32,000 bases of DNA from Raphidiopsis brookii D9 (GTDB taxonomy: Bacteria > Cyanobacteriota > Cyanobacteriia > Cyanobacteriales > Nostocaceae): assembly GCA_000175855.1 (NCBI GenBank), contig ACYB01000042.1:90001-122000 (forward strand), read 5' to 3'. The notes beneath the pieces were generated by a model that ran no database searches, had not been told where the DNA came from, and saw nothing but the letters and a program-made list of their open reading frames with translations. Shown here piece by piece: positions 1 through 8,318 of the stretch. The position numbers and the translations under genes are program-made. The stretch's first letter is position 1; each line of letters starts with the position of its first letter.

Positions 1-240
1 TACCTCTTCCCAATTTCGCTCTAGCATAACAGATACCTGAAACTGCACGGCTTCTAAATTAGGAGCAATTTGTTCAGGATCCGCAGATAGACTAGTTCCT
101 AATAAAATTGGTAAGGTGGGATCCGCTAATCCTGCTAGAAGTACCCGTTTTCCCTGGTTTGCCAAAAACTGGGCCGCAGCGATCGCAATTTTGCTGCGAC
201 CAGTACCATTTTTACCTAAAAATGTTAGTATCAATGCCAT
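1..240 (-). CDS. ArsA/Get3-family ATPase-like protein, N-terminal part (gene runs off the left edge)
   Basis: Reverse-strand ATG at 238-240. My translation MALILTFLGKNGTGRSKIAIAAAQFLANQGKRVLLAGLADPTLPILLG... resembles the N-terminus and deviant P-loop of cyanobacterial ArsA-like ATPases. The frame is open to the window edge. Confidence 0.5.
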   Translation of the reverse strand, partial: MALILTFLGKNGTGRSKIAIAAAQFLANQGKRVLLAGLADPTLPILLGTSLSADPEQIAPNLEAVQFQVSVMLERNWEEV

Positions 241-314
241 CGCGTAAGTTCCAAATACTGTCAACTCCAATTTAACACTAATTAAGAGATTTTAGCTTAT
301 GCTTTGAAGTATAT

Positions 315-518
315 TTAGGAGACTGGTTTGAGTTCGTCCTCAAAAAACCAAGTGCTGCTCTTATCCTCAAATTTAACTACAAAACCCACACCATTACCAT
401 CGGTTATTTTATAGTCCTCGATGACACCAACCTTGCCTAATTTTTCAGCTATAGCAGAGGATACGCGATCGCGCAAACGAAACACTTTCACTTCCTGTCC
501 AACTTTCATAGGTGACAC
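315..518 (-). CDS. petP: PetP-like small SH3-fold protein (DUF2862 family; cytochrome b6f-associated PetP homolog)
   Basis: 67-aa ORF. KVFRLRDRVS...KLGKVGVI..YKITDGNGVGFVVKFEDKSSTWFFEDEL matches my recollection of the cyanobacterial PetP/DUF2862 consensus. Confidence 0.6.
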   Translation of the reverse strand: MSPMKVGQEVKVFRLRDRVSSAIAEKLGKVGVIEDYKITDGNGVGFVVKFEDKSSTWFFEDELKPVS

Positions 519-574
519 TCCAATAATCCAAATCTCATTTTACCTGAATCTGGCACCTTATTTATTCAATTTAT

Positions 575-811
575 TCACCATTCCCAAGTCCCTTGTATTG
601 TTGCACTCATGGTTTTTTCACTCATTTCAAAGACAATTTTAGTATTCTTGTGTTGATACATTGCCTCCATGGATGCTTTCCACTGATCATGGTCTAAGTC
701 AGTGTAGAGTTCTCCACTCTCAGCTTTAGCGCTGATGGTGAACTGGTGGTTTTTTTTGTGGCGGGGGTCAGTAATGTCCTCATGATTGTTGAACAAGTCT
801 TTAGCTGTCAT
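575..811 (-). CDS. Hypothetical small protein (about 78 aa from MTAKDLF; the ORF is open up to 856)
   Basis: ORF 575..856 on the same strand as its neighbours. The internal ATG at 809-811 is the more plausible start. I recognise no family. Confidence 0.4.
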   Translation of the reverse strand: MTAKDLFNNHEDITDPRHKKNHQFTISAKAESGELYTDLDHDQWKASMEAMYQHKNTKIVFEMSEKTMSATIQGTWEW

Positions 812-943
812 AGATTCAACCTTTTTTCTGGTATTATCTGGTATTAATAGTACCATAATATATCAAATACTTAATTCTTGAAGTCTAAAATTATGAACTA
901 CAAAAATCAACCGCTTACCGATGACCCAGAAAATGCCAGTTGG

Positions 944-2092
944 TTAATATGTCAACAATCTATGTAAGATTTGCTCCAAGACTACAGCAGTCCAATCAAT
1001 ATCCGCTACTGTCGTTTGTTTCCCTATGGTTAATCTAATTCCCCCTAAAGCCAATCTTCTATCGTAACCCATGGACACTAACACTGGACTGGGAATTAAT
1101 TTACCGCTGTTACAAGCTGCACCTGCACTAATACCAATACCAGCTAAATTTAACTGACGTACTAGAGTCTTGCCACTTATTTTTTCTCCATCCGCATACT
1201 CGATACAAAAACTAACATGGTGTGGCAATCTTTCCACCATGTCCCCCGTGGGAATTAAACCCGGAATATTTGCTAACTTACTAAATAGGCGATCGCGCAA
1301 CTGAATTAATCGTGTTCTTTCTATTTCCAGTTCTTGACCTGCCAATTTTGCAGCGACTCCAAAACCTGCTATAGCTGGTAGTGCTTGTGTGCCAGAGCGG
1401 AGATTATTCTCTTGGCCTCCTCCACCTATGAGGGGTATTAACTCCACCCCTGGACGAACATATAAAGCACCCGCACCCAAAGGTCCATAAATTTTGTGAC
1501 TAGATAAGCTTAATAGATCTACTGGTAGACTATTGACATTTAATGGTAGTCTTCCGCCAACTTGTACGGCATCAGTGTGAAATAAAACATTGTTTGACTT
1601 AGTTATTTTAGCCAGGTCTAGTATGGGTTGGACTGTACCCACTTCACTTTGTCCATAAATGATAGATACTAGAACAGTGTTATCCCTAAAAGCCAGTTTT
1701 AGATCTTCCGGATTGACCCTAGCTTTTCTATCCACTTGTAAACGGGTAATTTGCCAACCCCAATTTTCCAGCATGCTTATGGGTGCAGAAATTGCCGAGT
1801 GTTCCACACTGGAAATAATGATATGTTGAGGTTGGTGATAATATTGTGCCACGCCCATAATTGCTAAATTGTCTGATTCAGTTCCCCCCGAAGTAAAAAT
1901 GATAGATTCTGGAACAGCATTGATTAACCCTGCTACTTGTATTCTGGCAGTTTCCAAAATTAATGCTGCACGATTACCCCATTGGTGCAAGCTGGAGGGG
2001 TTACCCCATTGTTCTTTTAACACTGATTCCATTATGGCAATGGCTTCTGGACGGGTTGGAGTAGTTGCACTGTAATCTAAATAAATTTGCAT
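944..2092 (-). CDS. Cysteine desulfurase (NifS/IscS-type class V aminotransferase)
   Basis: MQIYLDYSATTP start, PLP-lysine motif SSHKIYGP, and active-site Cys in SAGAACNSG. The start is placed at the ATG at 2090-2092, not the ORF maximum at 2146. Confidence 0.9.
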   Translation of the reverse strand: MQIYLDYSATTPTRPEAIAIMESVLKEQWGNPSSLHQWGNRAALILETARIQVAGLINAVPESIIFTSGGTESDNLAIMGVAQYYHQPQHIIISSVEHSAISAPISMLENWGWQITRLQVDRKARVNPEDLKLAFRDNTVLVSIIYGQSEVGTVQPILDLAKITKSNNVLFHTDAVQVGGRLPLNVNSLPVDLLSLSSHKIYGPLGAGALYVRPGVELIPLIGGGGQENNLRSGTQALPAIAGFGVAAKLAGQELEIERTRLIQLRDRLFSKLANIPGLIPTGDMVERLPHHVSFCIEYADGEKISGKTLVRQLNLAGIGISAGAACNSGKLIPSPVLVSMGYDRRLALGGIRLTIGKQTTVADIDWTAVVLEQILHRLLTY

Positions 2093-2220
2093 AGCATTAG
2101 CATTATTAGTGGGGGGGAAGTGCTGCGTTGTCTTATAATAACACATTGTATAACAGTGTGGTGTTACTCGTTTTTAAAAATGGCTTTAGGAATGTTTTTT
2201 AAAAATTTTATCAGCTGACT

Positions 2221-3654
2221 ATGTCCATACCATCTAAGTTGAAAAATTGGTTTTATATCCTCTTATTTTTTTCCACCATCAGTGGTTGTCAAAAAATCCC
2301 ATCCTCCCGTCAGCTCTTACCACCCTTACCCCAGGATCCATTGATTCAAGTATACTTCAATCATGCCCAATCTTCAGAATATCAAGAAAGCTACCGTTTG
2401 CAAACCCGTTTAGGGGATGATTTAGAAAAACAAATCATCCATAGCATTTTACAAGCACAATCCACCATAGATGTAGCTGTGCAGGAATTAAGATTACCAA
2501 AAATTGCCCAAGCATTAATAGAAAAACAACGAGCTGGTGTGCAAATTCGGTTAATCTTAGAAAACCAGTATTCTCTTCCTTGGCAAGATCTAAACTCTAG
2601 GGTAGTGGAAAACCTACCTTTGAGAGACAAGAATAAACTCCAAACATTGAGATCACTTATAGATATTAATAAAGACGGGGAAATTACCTCTGAGGAAATT
2701 AAACAACGAGATGCCATAGCCATAATTCAAAATAGCCAAATTCCTTGGATAGATGACACTGCTGATGGTTCTAAGGGTAGTGGTTTAATGCACCATAAGT
2801 TTATGGTTATAGATAGTAAATTGGTGATTATTAGTTCTGCTAATTTCACCCCCAGTGATACTTTTGGAGATGTGAATAATCTCCATAGTTTAGGGAATGC
2901 TAATAACTTAGTGAAAATTGAAAGTCCGGAATTGGCCAATTTATTCACCCAAGAATTTAACATTATGTGGGGCGATGGACCGGGAGGTAAATTAGATAGT
3001 AAATTCGGACTGCAAAAACCTCAACGTCCGTGGCAAAAGATTACCGCAGGTAATACCCAAATAACCGTAAAGTTTTCCCCTCTTTCCCGTACCCAAATCT
3101 GGAGCAAGTCTACTAATGGATTAATTGGTAGAACTCTTAATATGGCAGTTCAAAATATAGATATGGCACTATTTGTGTTTTCTGATCAAAAAATTGCCAA
3201 CATCTTGGAAAATCGCCATAATCAAAATGTTAAGATCCGAGCTTTAATAGATGCTCAATTTGCCCACCGCTACTACAGTGAAGGTTTAGATATGATGGGT
3301 ATCTCTATTAGTGATAACTGTAAATATGAAAAGGATAATCGCCCCTGGCAAAATCCTATTACCACCGTAGGAGTACCCAGTTTATTACCAGGAGATGTAC
3401 TACACCACAAGTTTGCGGTTATTGACCAGCAAATAGTAATTACTGGTTCTCATAACTGGTCAGAAGCTGCAAATCATAATAATGATGAAAGTTTAATTAT
3501 TGTGGAAAATCCCACGGTAGCAGCACATTTTCAAAGGGAATTCCATCGTCTTTACCAAACTATTAAGCTAGAATTACCTTCCACAATCAAAGCTAAAATA
3601 GACCGGGAAATACAAGAATGTTTGCCAGTAGAAACACAAAGTGAAAATCTTTAA
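2221..3654 (+). CDS. Phospholipase D / Nuc-like family lipoprotein with two HKD motifs and an embedded EF-hand loop
   Basis: Signal peptide with lipobox ISGC. HKD motifs HHKFMVIDSKLVIISSANFT (from 2791) and HHKFAVIDQQIVITGSHNWS (from 3403). EF-hand-like DINKDGEITSEE at 2662-2697. Confidence 0.85.
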   Translation: MSIPSKLKNWFYILLFFSTISGCQKIPSSRQLLPPLPQDPLIQVYFNHAQSSEYQESYRLQTRLGDDLEKQIIHSILQAQSTIDVAVQELRLPKIAQALIEKQRAGVQIRLILENQYSLPWQDLNSRVVENLPLRDKNKLQTLRSLIDINKDGEITSEEIKQRDAIAIIQNSQIPWIDDTADGSKGSGLMHHKFMVIDSKLVIISSANFTPSDTFGDVNNLHSLGNANNLVKIESPELANLFTQEFNIMWGDGPGGKLDSKFGLQKPQRPWQKITAGNTQITVKFSPLSRTQIWSKSTNGLIGRTLNMAVQNIDMALFVFSDQKIANILENRHNQNVKIRALIDAQFAHRYYSEGLDMMGISISDNCKYEKDNRPWQNPITTVGVPSLLPGDVLHHKFAVIDQQIVITGSHNWSEAANHNNDESLIIVENPTVAAHFQREFHRLYQTIKLELPSTIKAKIDREIQECLPVETQSENL

Positions 3655-3663
3655 ACAAAAAAA

Positions 3664-3692
3664 ATCTCTATCTTGTTGATAAAGATAGAGAT
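3664..3692 (-). terminator. Intrinsic terminator hairpin between convergent psbD and the PLD-family gene
   Basis: Perfect 11-bp stem ATCTCTATCTT / AAGATAGAGAT with a 7-nt loop. On the minus strand (psbD sense) a U-run follows, the complement of the A-run at 3657-3663. The plus-strand tail is weaker. Confidence 0.7.
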
Positions 3693-3728
3693 GGAGTTTA
3701 TTGAATAGCTTATTGAATTGTGAACATC

Positions 3729-4784
3729 TTACAGAGCATTACCACGTGGCAATACTTCCTCAGGGAAGACAAACTGTTCATGAGGTTGGTCTTGAGGCGC
3801 CATCCAAGCTCGGATACCCTCGTTTAATAAAATGTTCTTGGTATAGAATGTTTCAAATTCTGGGTCTTCTGCTGCCCGTAGTTCTTGGGAGACGAAGTCA
3901 TAAGCTCGCAGGTTTAATGCTAAACCTACAATCCCTACAGCACTCATCCACAGTCCGGTAACAGGTACAAACAACATGAAGAAGTGCAACCAGCGCTTGT
4001 TGGAAAAAGCAATCCCGAAAATCTGTGACCAGAAACGGTTTGCTGTTACCATGGAGTAGGTTTCTTCCGATTGGGTAGGATTGAATGCGGGGAAGGTGTT
4101 GGAACCTTCGCCATCTTCAAATAGGGTGTTTTCTACTGTTGCACCATGGATAGCACATAGTAAAGCTCCACCTAAGATTCCTGCTACACCCATCATGTGG
4201 AAGGGATTTAAGGTCCAGTTGTGGAAACCTTGAAGGAATAATAGGAAGCGGAATATGGCTGCTACACCAAAACTGGGTGCAAAGAACCAGCTGGATTGTC
4301 CCAAGGGGTACATCAAGAAAACGCTGACAAATACGGCAATTGGACCGGAAAATGCTAGGGCGTTATAAGGACGAATACCTACTAGTCTAGCAATTTCAAA
4401 TTGACGCAACATGAAGCCGATTAGTCCAAAGGCACCATGTAAAGCAACAAAGGGCCACAAACCACCTAGTTGACACCAGCGGGTAAAATCACCCTGAGCT
4501 TCTGGACCCCACAGGAATAATAGGGAGTGTCCCATGCTGTCTGCAGGGGTGGATACTGCTACTGTTAAGAAGTTAGCTCCTTCTAAATAGGAGGAGGCTA
4601 AACCATGGGTGTACCAAGATGTAACGAAAGTAGTACCGGTTAACCAACCGCCTAATGCTAGGAAGGCACAAGGAAATAGTAATACCCCTGACCAACCTAC
4701 AAATACAAAACGATCGCGCTTCAACCAGTCATCTAATACGTCAAACCACCCTCTGGAAGGGGCACGTCCAACTGCAATGGTCAT
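3729..4784 (-). CDS. psbD: Photosystem II D2 protein, stand-alone copy with no overlapping psbC
   Basis: [28 protein letters not shown] ... [10 protein letters not shown], 351 aa. The ATG at 4782-4784 is preceded by GGAG. Downstream lies only the terminator and a convergent gene. Confidence 0.97.
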   Translation of the reverse strand: MTIAVGRAPSRGWFDVLDDWLKRDRFVFVGWSGVLLFPCAFLALGGWLTGTTFVTSWYTHGLASSYLEGANFLTVAVSTPADSMGHSLLFLWGPEAQGDFTRWCQLGGLWPFVALHGAFGLIGFMLRQFEIARLVGIRPYNALAFSGPIAVFVSVFLMYPLGQSSWFFAPSFGVAAIFRFLLFLQGFHNWTLNPFHMMGVAGILGGALLCAIHGATVENTLFEDGEGSNTFPAFNPTQSEETYSMVTANRFWSQIFGIAFSNKRWLHFFMLFVPVTGLWMSAVGIVGLALNLRAYDFVSQELRAAEDPEFETFYTKNILLNEGIRAWMAPQDQPHEQFVFPEEVLPRGNAL

Positions 4785-4940
4785 GGAAAATCTCCGTATT
4801 TTATAATTACGATTGTGAAAGGCCTGTATATGGTTATAATACAACCTTCCCCAGGCGGACTTCTAACTGCCCAGTTTACAATTTTTTACTGTCTGTAAAC
4901 TATCATAAGTGCAAATCTCTAATTTTTCTAGGGGTAATTA

Positions 4941-5000
4941 AGTTTTTTTTGGTTTTTTTTAATTTTTTTTAATTTTCCTTAATTTTTTTTAATTTTTTCC
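4941..5000. repeat. Six tandem 10-bp units (RR-T8 type: AGTTTTTTTT GGTTTTTTTT AATTTTTTTT AATTTTCCTT AATTTTTTTT AATTTTTTCC), giving phased A/T-tracts
   Basis: Read directly from the sequence. It lies in the divergent intergenic region between psbD (start 4784, minus) and the ORF at 5078 (plus). Confidence 0.9.
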
Positions 5001-5077
5001 CCTGACGGAAGAGCGGTAGGATGGCTCTGAACAGGTTAGAATAGTCCCTACGATCAGTCAAATTTAATTATTTGTAA

Positions 5078-5365
5078 ATGTTTACTATCGACATAAGCAT
5101 TAGAAACACCGCCTTCTCTATGTCAGTACAGCGTAAATCAGCAGAAGATGCTGAGGCTGTTTACCAACTGATTTTGGCGGCTATGGGATCTGGCAGTCCT
5201 GCTATTGTGGAACTTAAGTGTGAGGGCAAAACTGAAAAGAAAATTGCTGTCCTAGCTGGTGAAATTTCGGGAATACAAATCGTCCAAAAGGATGGTAGTG
5301 CCAGTAGTAGTGGTAAACTTCCCGGTTTTGCCGCCTTTACCGTTAAGGAGGAAACTCAGGTATAA
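5078..5365 (+). CDS. Conserved hypothetical protein (95 aa), apparently translationally coupled to the downstream ABC ATPase
   Basis: ORF with its stop at 5363-5365, 1 nt before the next ATG at 5367. An AAGGAGG inside its 3' end serves the next gene. No family is recognised. Confidence 0.55.
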   Translation: MFTIDISIRNTAFSMSVQRKSAEDAEAVYQLILAAMGSGSPAIVELKCEGKTEKKIAVLAGEISGIQIVQKDGSASSSGKLPGFAAFTVKEETQV

Positions 5366-5366
5366 A

Positions 5367-6032
5367 ATGACATCATCAGGCATCGAAGTTGAACATTTAA
5401 ACTTCTTTTGGCCTAATGGAGAGCAGGCAATTAAATCTTGCTCTCTTACTGTCCCTAAAGGTGAATTTTGGATGCTTTTAGGGACTAATGGTAGTGGGAA
5501 GTCAACTCTTTTGAGGTTAATTGCTGGTTTATTAGTTCCACAATCCGGTAGGATTGACGTTCTATCTCCTCTGGGTTTTGTCTTCCAAAATCCCGATCAC
5601 CAGTTAGTTATGCCTACTGTGGGAGCTGATGTGGCTTTTGGACTGGTCCCGGAAAAACTTTCTACTCCTATGGTTAAGGCCAGAGTGGAGGAGGCTTTGC
5701 AAGCGGTTAATTTGCTCTCTGTGCAACGCCGACCTATTTATGCTCTTTCTGGTGGACAGAAACAGCGTGTAGCTATTGCTGGAGCGATCGCCCGTCACTG
5801 TAAAGTTTTATTATTGGATGAACCAACTGCTTTATTAGACCCCGATAGTCAATTAGAGTTGGTGACGACTGTGCGTCAATTAGTCAAAACTCGGTCTATT
5901 GCTGCTCTGTGGGTTACCCATAGATTAGAGGAGTTAAATTATTGTGATGGTGCTTTTTTGTTGGAACAGGGGGTTTTAGTAGCAGCTGGGGATCCGGAAC
6001 TCCTGAAACAGCGGTTAACCGGATCCCAATGA
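5367..6032 (+). CDS. ABC transporter ATP-binding protein, CbiO/ECF-type ATPase-like
   Basis: Walker A GTNGSGKST, signature LSGGQKQR, Walker B LLLDEPT. SD AAGGAGG at 5345-5351. The start is set at the ATG at 5367, not the ORF maximum at 5259. Confidence 0.85.
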   Translation: MTSSGIEVEHLNFFWPNGEQAIKSCSLTVPKGEFWMLLGTNGSGKSTLLRLIAGLLVPQSGRIDVLSPLGFVFQNPDHQLVMPTVGADVAFGLVPEKLSTPMVKARVEEALQAVNLLSVQRRPIYALSGGQKQRVAIAGAIARHCKVLLLDEPTALLDPDSQLELVTTVRQLVKTRSIAALWVTHRLEELNYCDGAFLLEQGVLVAAGDPELLKQRLTGSQ

Positions 6033-6147
6033 AAGCAGATTTTTTTTGTTCTCTGTAGCATGGTGTGATCAGCATTGCTTCAATTCTTCAATTACTATGA
6101 ATCTTATGGATGATTTTTGTCTATTTTAGTAATTGTGATTAGAAACC

Positions 6148-6630
6148 ATGCCTCCTTCTACTATTCCATCCATTCTCCTGGTGGATGGCTACAACATTAT
6201 AGGCTCATGGCCTTGTCTCAAAAAAACCCGTGATGATTCCAGTCTGGAAGCAGCTCGCTACCATTTGGTGGAACTAATCACCAACTACAGCGCGTTTGAA
6301 GGATATGAGTCTCATATAGTTTTTGACGCCCATTATCAGAATACCCCTAGCAATAGGGAAATGATTACTGATTTCCTCACTGTCCACTATACAGAGTTTG
6401 GACAGACTGCTGATACCTATATTGAAAAGGTTTGTGCAGGTCTACGTCACCAAGTTGCACAATGTTTAGTTTCTCGCGTGATTGTGGCCACTTCAGACCG
6501 GGCTCAACAGTTAGTAGTTCAGGGCTATGGTGCGGAGTGGTTATCAGCTAGACAATTATGTAACCAGGTAGAAGCAAAGGTTTGTCAGATGCGTAATCAA
6601 CACCAATCAACGAAAAAAATCCAAGGGTAG
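6148..6630 (+). CDS. NYN-domain (YacP/Rae1-like) protein; the C-terminus probably continues to 6697 in another frame
   Basis: LLVDGYNIIGSWP... N-terminus is typical of YacP-like NYN proteins. After the A7 run at 6613-6619, the +1 frame stays open for 25 more codons (SKGRFLSHSINDEARQKLIRLRMGL*). Confidence 0.7.
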   Translation: MPPSTIPSILLVDGYNIIGSWPCLKKTRDDSSLEAARYHLVELITNYSAFEGYESHIVFDAHYQNTPSNREMITDFLTVHYTEFGQTADTYIEKVCAGLRHQVAQCLVSRVIVATSDRAQQLVVQGYGAEWLSARQLCNQVEAKVCQMRNQHQSTKKIQG

Positions 6631-6852
6631 ATTTTTATCCCATTCTATCAATGATGAAGCTAGACAAAAGTTAATTCGTCTAAGAATGGGTCTCTAGTCA
6701 TGGTTGGTGGAATGGTTCTGTGTGAGCAATCATGTTATCGCGTCTGGCTAAGGCGTGCAAGTCTACTGAGGGATAACCGCTCGCTCCCGTTGAAGTAGAA
6801 AGTACTGAAAAACAAAATTGGCAAATCAATGAAAAAATTTTCGCCGAGGTAC

Positions 6853-6881
6853 TTGACATTGTCTGAATGTTGGTTTAGTAT
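6853..6881 (+). promoter_or_regulatory. Sigma70-type promoter candidate for tRNA-Asn (TTGACA-17 nt-TAGTAT)
   Basis: TTGACA at 6853-6858, a 17-nt spacer, then TAGTAT at 6876-6881, about 20 nt upstream of the tRNA 5' end. Confidence 0.45.
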
Positions 6882-6900
6882 TATTGAATATGATAAGTTT

Positions 6901-6972
<72 letters not shown>

Positions 6973-8031
6973 TTATTCGCGGTTTTCCGTGTACCAATGG
7001 TGGAGGTTCTGTACCTGGACCCTACGGGAAGTGCGTCGATATTTCTTGCTTTCTAGTTTTGGCTCGTAATGATTCTCACCCTGACCTTTAGTCTTTAATT
7101 TTAGGGTGGACTCAGGGTCAGACTTCTGTTGACAAAGGGTTTGGTAGGCGATCGCCTCTTGCAGAAATTCCAGGTAGTATTCATATCTTTCCCAATCATT
7201 GTTGACTATACAACCTGGTTCGTCTCGATGTAAACAATCACTAAATCTACAACTCCCCTGCTCTAGGAATTTTCTACCTTCGGGAAAATAGTAGATTAAC
7301 TCTTCTGGACTAAAACCCAAATCAGGTTGATTAAACCCTGGTGTGTCCGCTAGTAAACCACCATTGGGTAACTCAAACAATTCCACATGACGAGTGGTAT
7401 GACGACCACGGGCCAACTTACCAGAAACCTTTCCCACTCTCAAGTTTCCCTGGGGAATTAATTGGTTAATCAAACTGGACTTCCCCACACCGGAAGGACC
7501 AGCAATCACCGTGATTTTATTTTTTAAATATTCCCTAGCTTCCTCAATATTCATACCCTCTTGGACGCTCAAAAAAATTGGCTTGTATCCCCAACTTCCT
7601 AAGCGATCACTAATTGCTCTTCTTTCATTCTCTTGGATTAAGTCACATTTATTTAAACATAACCGAAGATCTATACCAGTAGACTCACCCTTAATTAAAA
7701 ATCTACTTAACTGTACAGGTTCCAAAGGAGGATCCGCAAGTGCAAAAACCAAGAGAATTTGATTTACATTGGCGATCGCTGGTCTATCCAATTCAGTTTT
7801 TCGCGGTAAAACATCAGCGATCGCACCTCTTCCCCCCATCCAGTCAGGTTCTTCCACCAGTACCTGATCCCCCACCATTACCTGCTGACCAATTTTCTTC
7901 AATCTGGTTCTGCGAGTGCACAGGAGAGTGGGAGTTAGTCCCTCCTGTAACTGCACACGATAAAAATTGGCCTGTACAGCCAACACCGTACCCACCAACT
8001 CTGGATTGGTAGCAATCCTATCTCCTGTCAT
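6973..8031 (-). CDS. rsgA: Ribosome small-subunit-dependent GTPase A
   Basis: Circularly permuted GTPase motifs LNKCDL then GPSGVGKSSL. C-terminal zinc knuckle CRFSDCLHRDEPGC. Basic C-terminal tail. Confidence 0.9.
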   Translation of the reverse strand: MTGDRIATNPELVGTVLAVQANFYRVQLQEGLTPTLLCTRRTRLKKIGQQVMVGDQVLVEEPDWMGGRGAIADVLPRKTELDRPAIANVNQILLVFALADPPLEPVQLSRFLIKGESTGIDLRLCLNKCDLIQENERRAISDRLGSWGYKPIFLSVQEGMNIEEAREYLKNKITVIAGPSGVGKSSLINQLIPQGNLRVGKVSGKLARGRHTTRHVELFELPNGGLLADTPGFNQPDLGFSPEELIYYFPEGRKFLEQGSCRFSDCLHRDEPGCIVNNDWERYEYYLEFLQEAIAYQTLCQQKSDPESTLKLKTKGQGENHYEPKLESKKYRRTSRRVQVQNLHHWYTENRE

Positions 8032-8056
8032 AATCTCATAAGTTTTAATGATATCA

Positions 8057-8314
8057 TCAGGCTAAGGGACGACGTACTAATAAGGAAAAATACTCAGATT
8101 TGTCAGTAATATTTTCTACATGAAACCCAGCCATAGTCAGACTGTCGGGAACCTGCTCAATTGGTTCACCCGGATCGAGCCAAACCTCAAGCAAACTGCC
8201 ATCAGACATTTGTTCTAGGCGCAACTTCGTCCGTACAAAATTAATAGGACAAGGGGTCCCACGTAAATCCAATTGGTCATCAGGGGTCATCAGAAAAGAC
8301 AAGCTCATGTTCAC
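8057..8314 (-). CDS. TusA/SirA-family sulfurtransferase-like protein
   Basis: 85 aa with DLRGTPCPINFVRTKL (conserved Cys-Pro motif region). It sits between dnaJ and rsgA on the same strand with short gaps. Confidence 0.7.
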   Translation of the reverse strand: MNMSLSFLMTPDDQLDLRGTPCPINFVRTKLRLEQMSDGSLLEVWLDPGEPIEQVPDSLTMAGFHVENITDKSEYFSLLVRRPLA

Positions 8315-8318
8315 ACAC

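Noticed and set aside
2391-2963. Minus-strand ORFs 2391..2723 and 2727..2963 inside the PLD-family gene, plus similar antisense ORFs inside the cysteine desulfurase gene, rsgA, dnaJ, pilB, pilT, the TonB receptor gene, the DUF3352-like gene, the M1 aminopeptidase gene, the amino-acid ABC ATPase gene, dnaE-C, moeA and the radical SAM gene
   Set aside because: Each is fully embedded opposite a gene with clear family motifs, and none shows recognisable motifs of its own.
3701-4972. Plus-strand ORFs 3701..3961, 4609..4806 and 4655..4972 overlapping psbD and its upstream region
   Set aside because: They lie antisense to a near-perfectly conserved D2 coding sequence or run through the T-tract repeat. 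Their low-complexity translations match no family. They are shadow ORFs.
4921-5000. The T-rich 10-bp tandem repeat as a CRISPR array or microsatellite-encoded peptide
   Set aside because: There are no unique spacers between units and no cas genes. The overlapping ORF (4655..4972) translates to poly-Phe/Leu low-complexity sequence.
6660-6850. Possible ncRNA in the roughly 200-nt gap between the NYN gene and the tRNA-Asn promoter
   Set aside because: I found only 4-bp stems and no match to motifs I know (SRP RNA, 6S, RNase P, tmRNA, riboswitch cores). Part of the gap is probably the frameshifted NYN C-terminus. The evidence is not enough to call anything.
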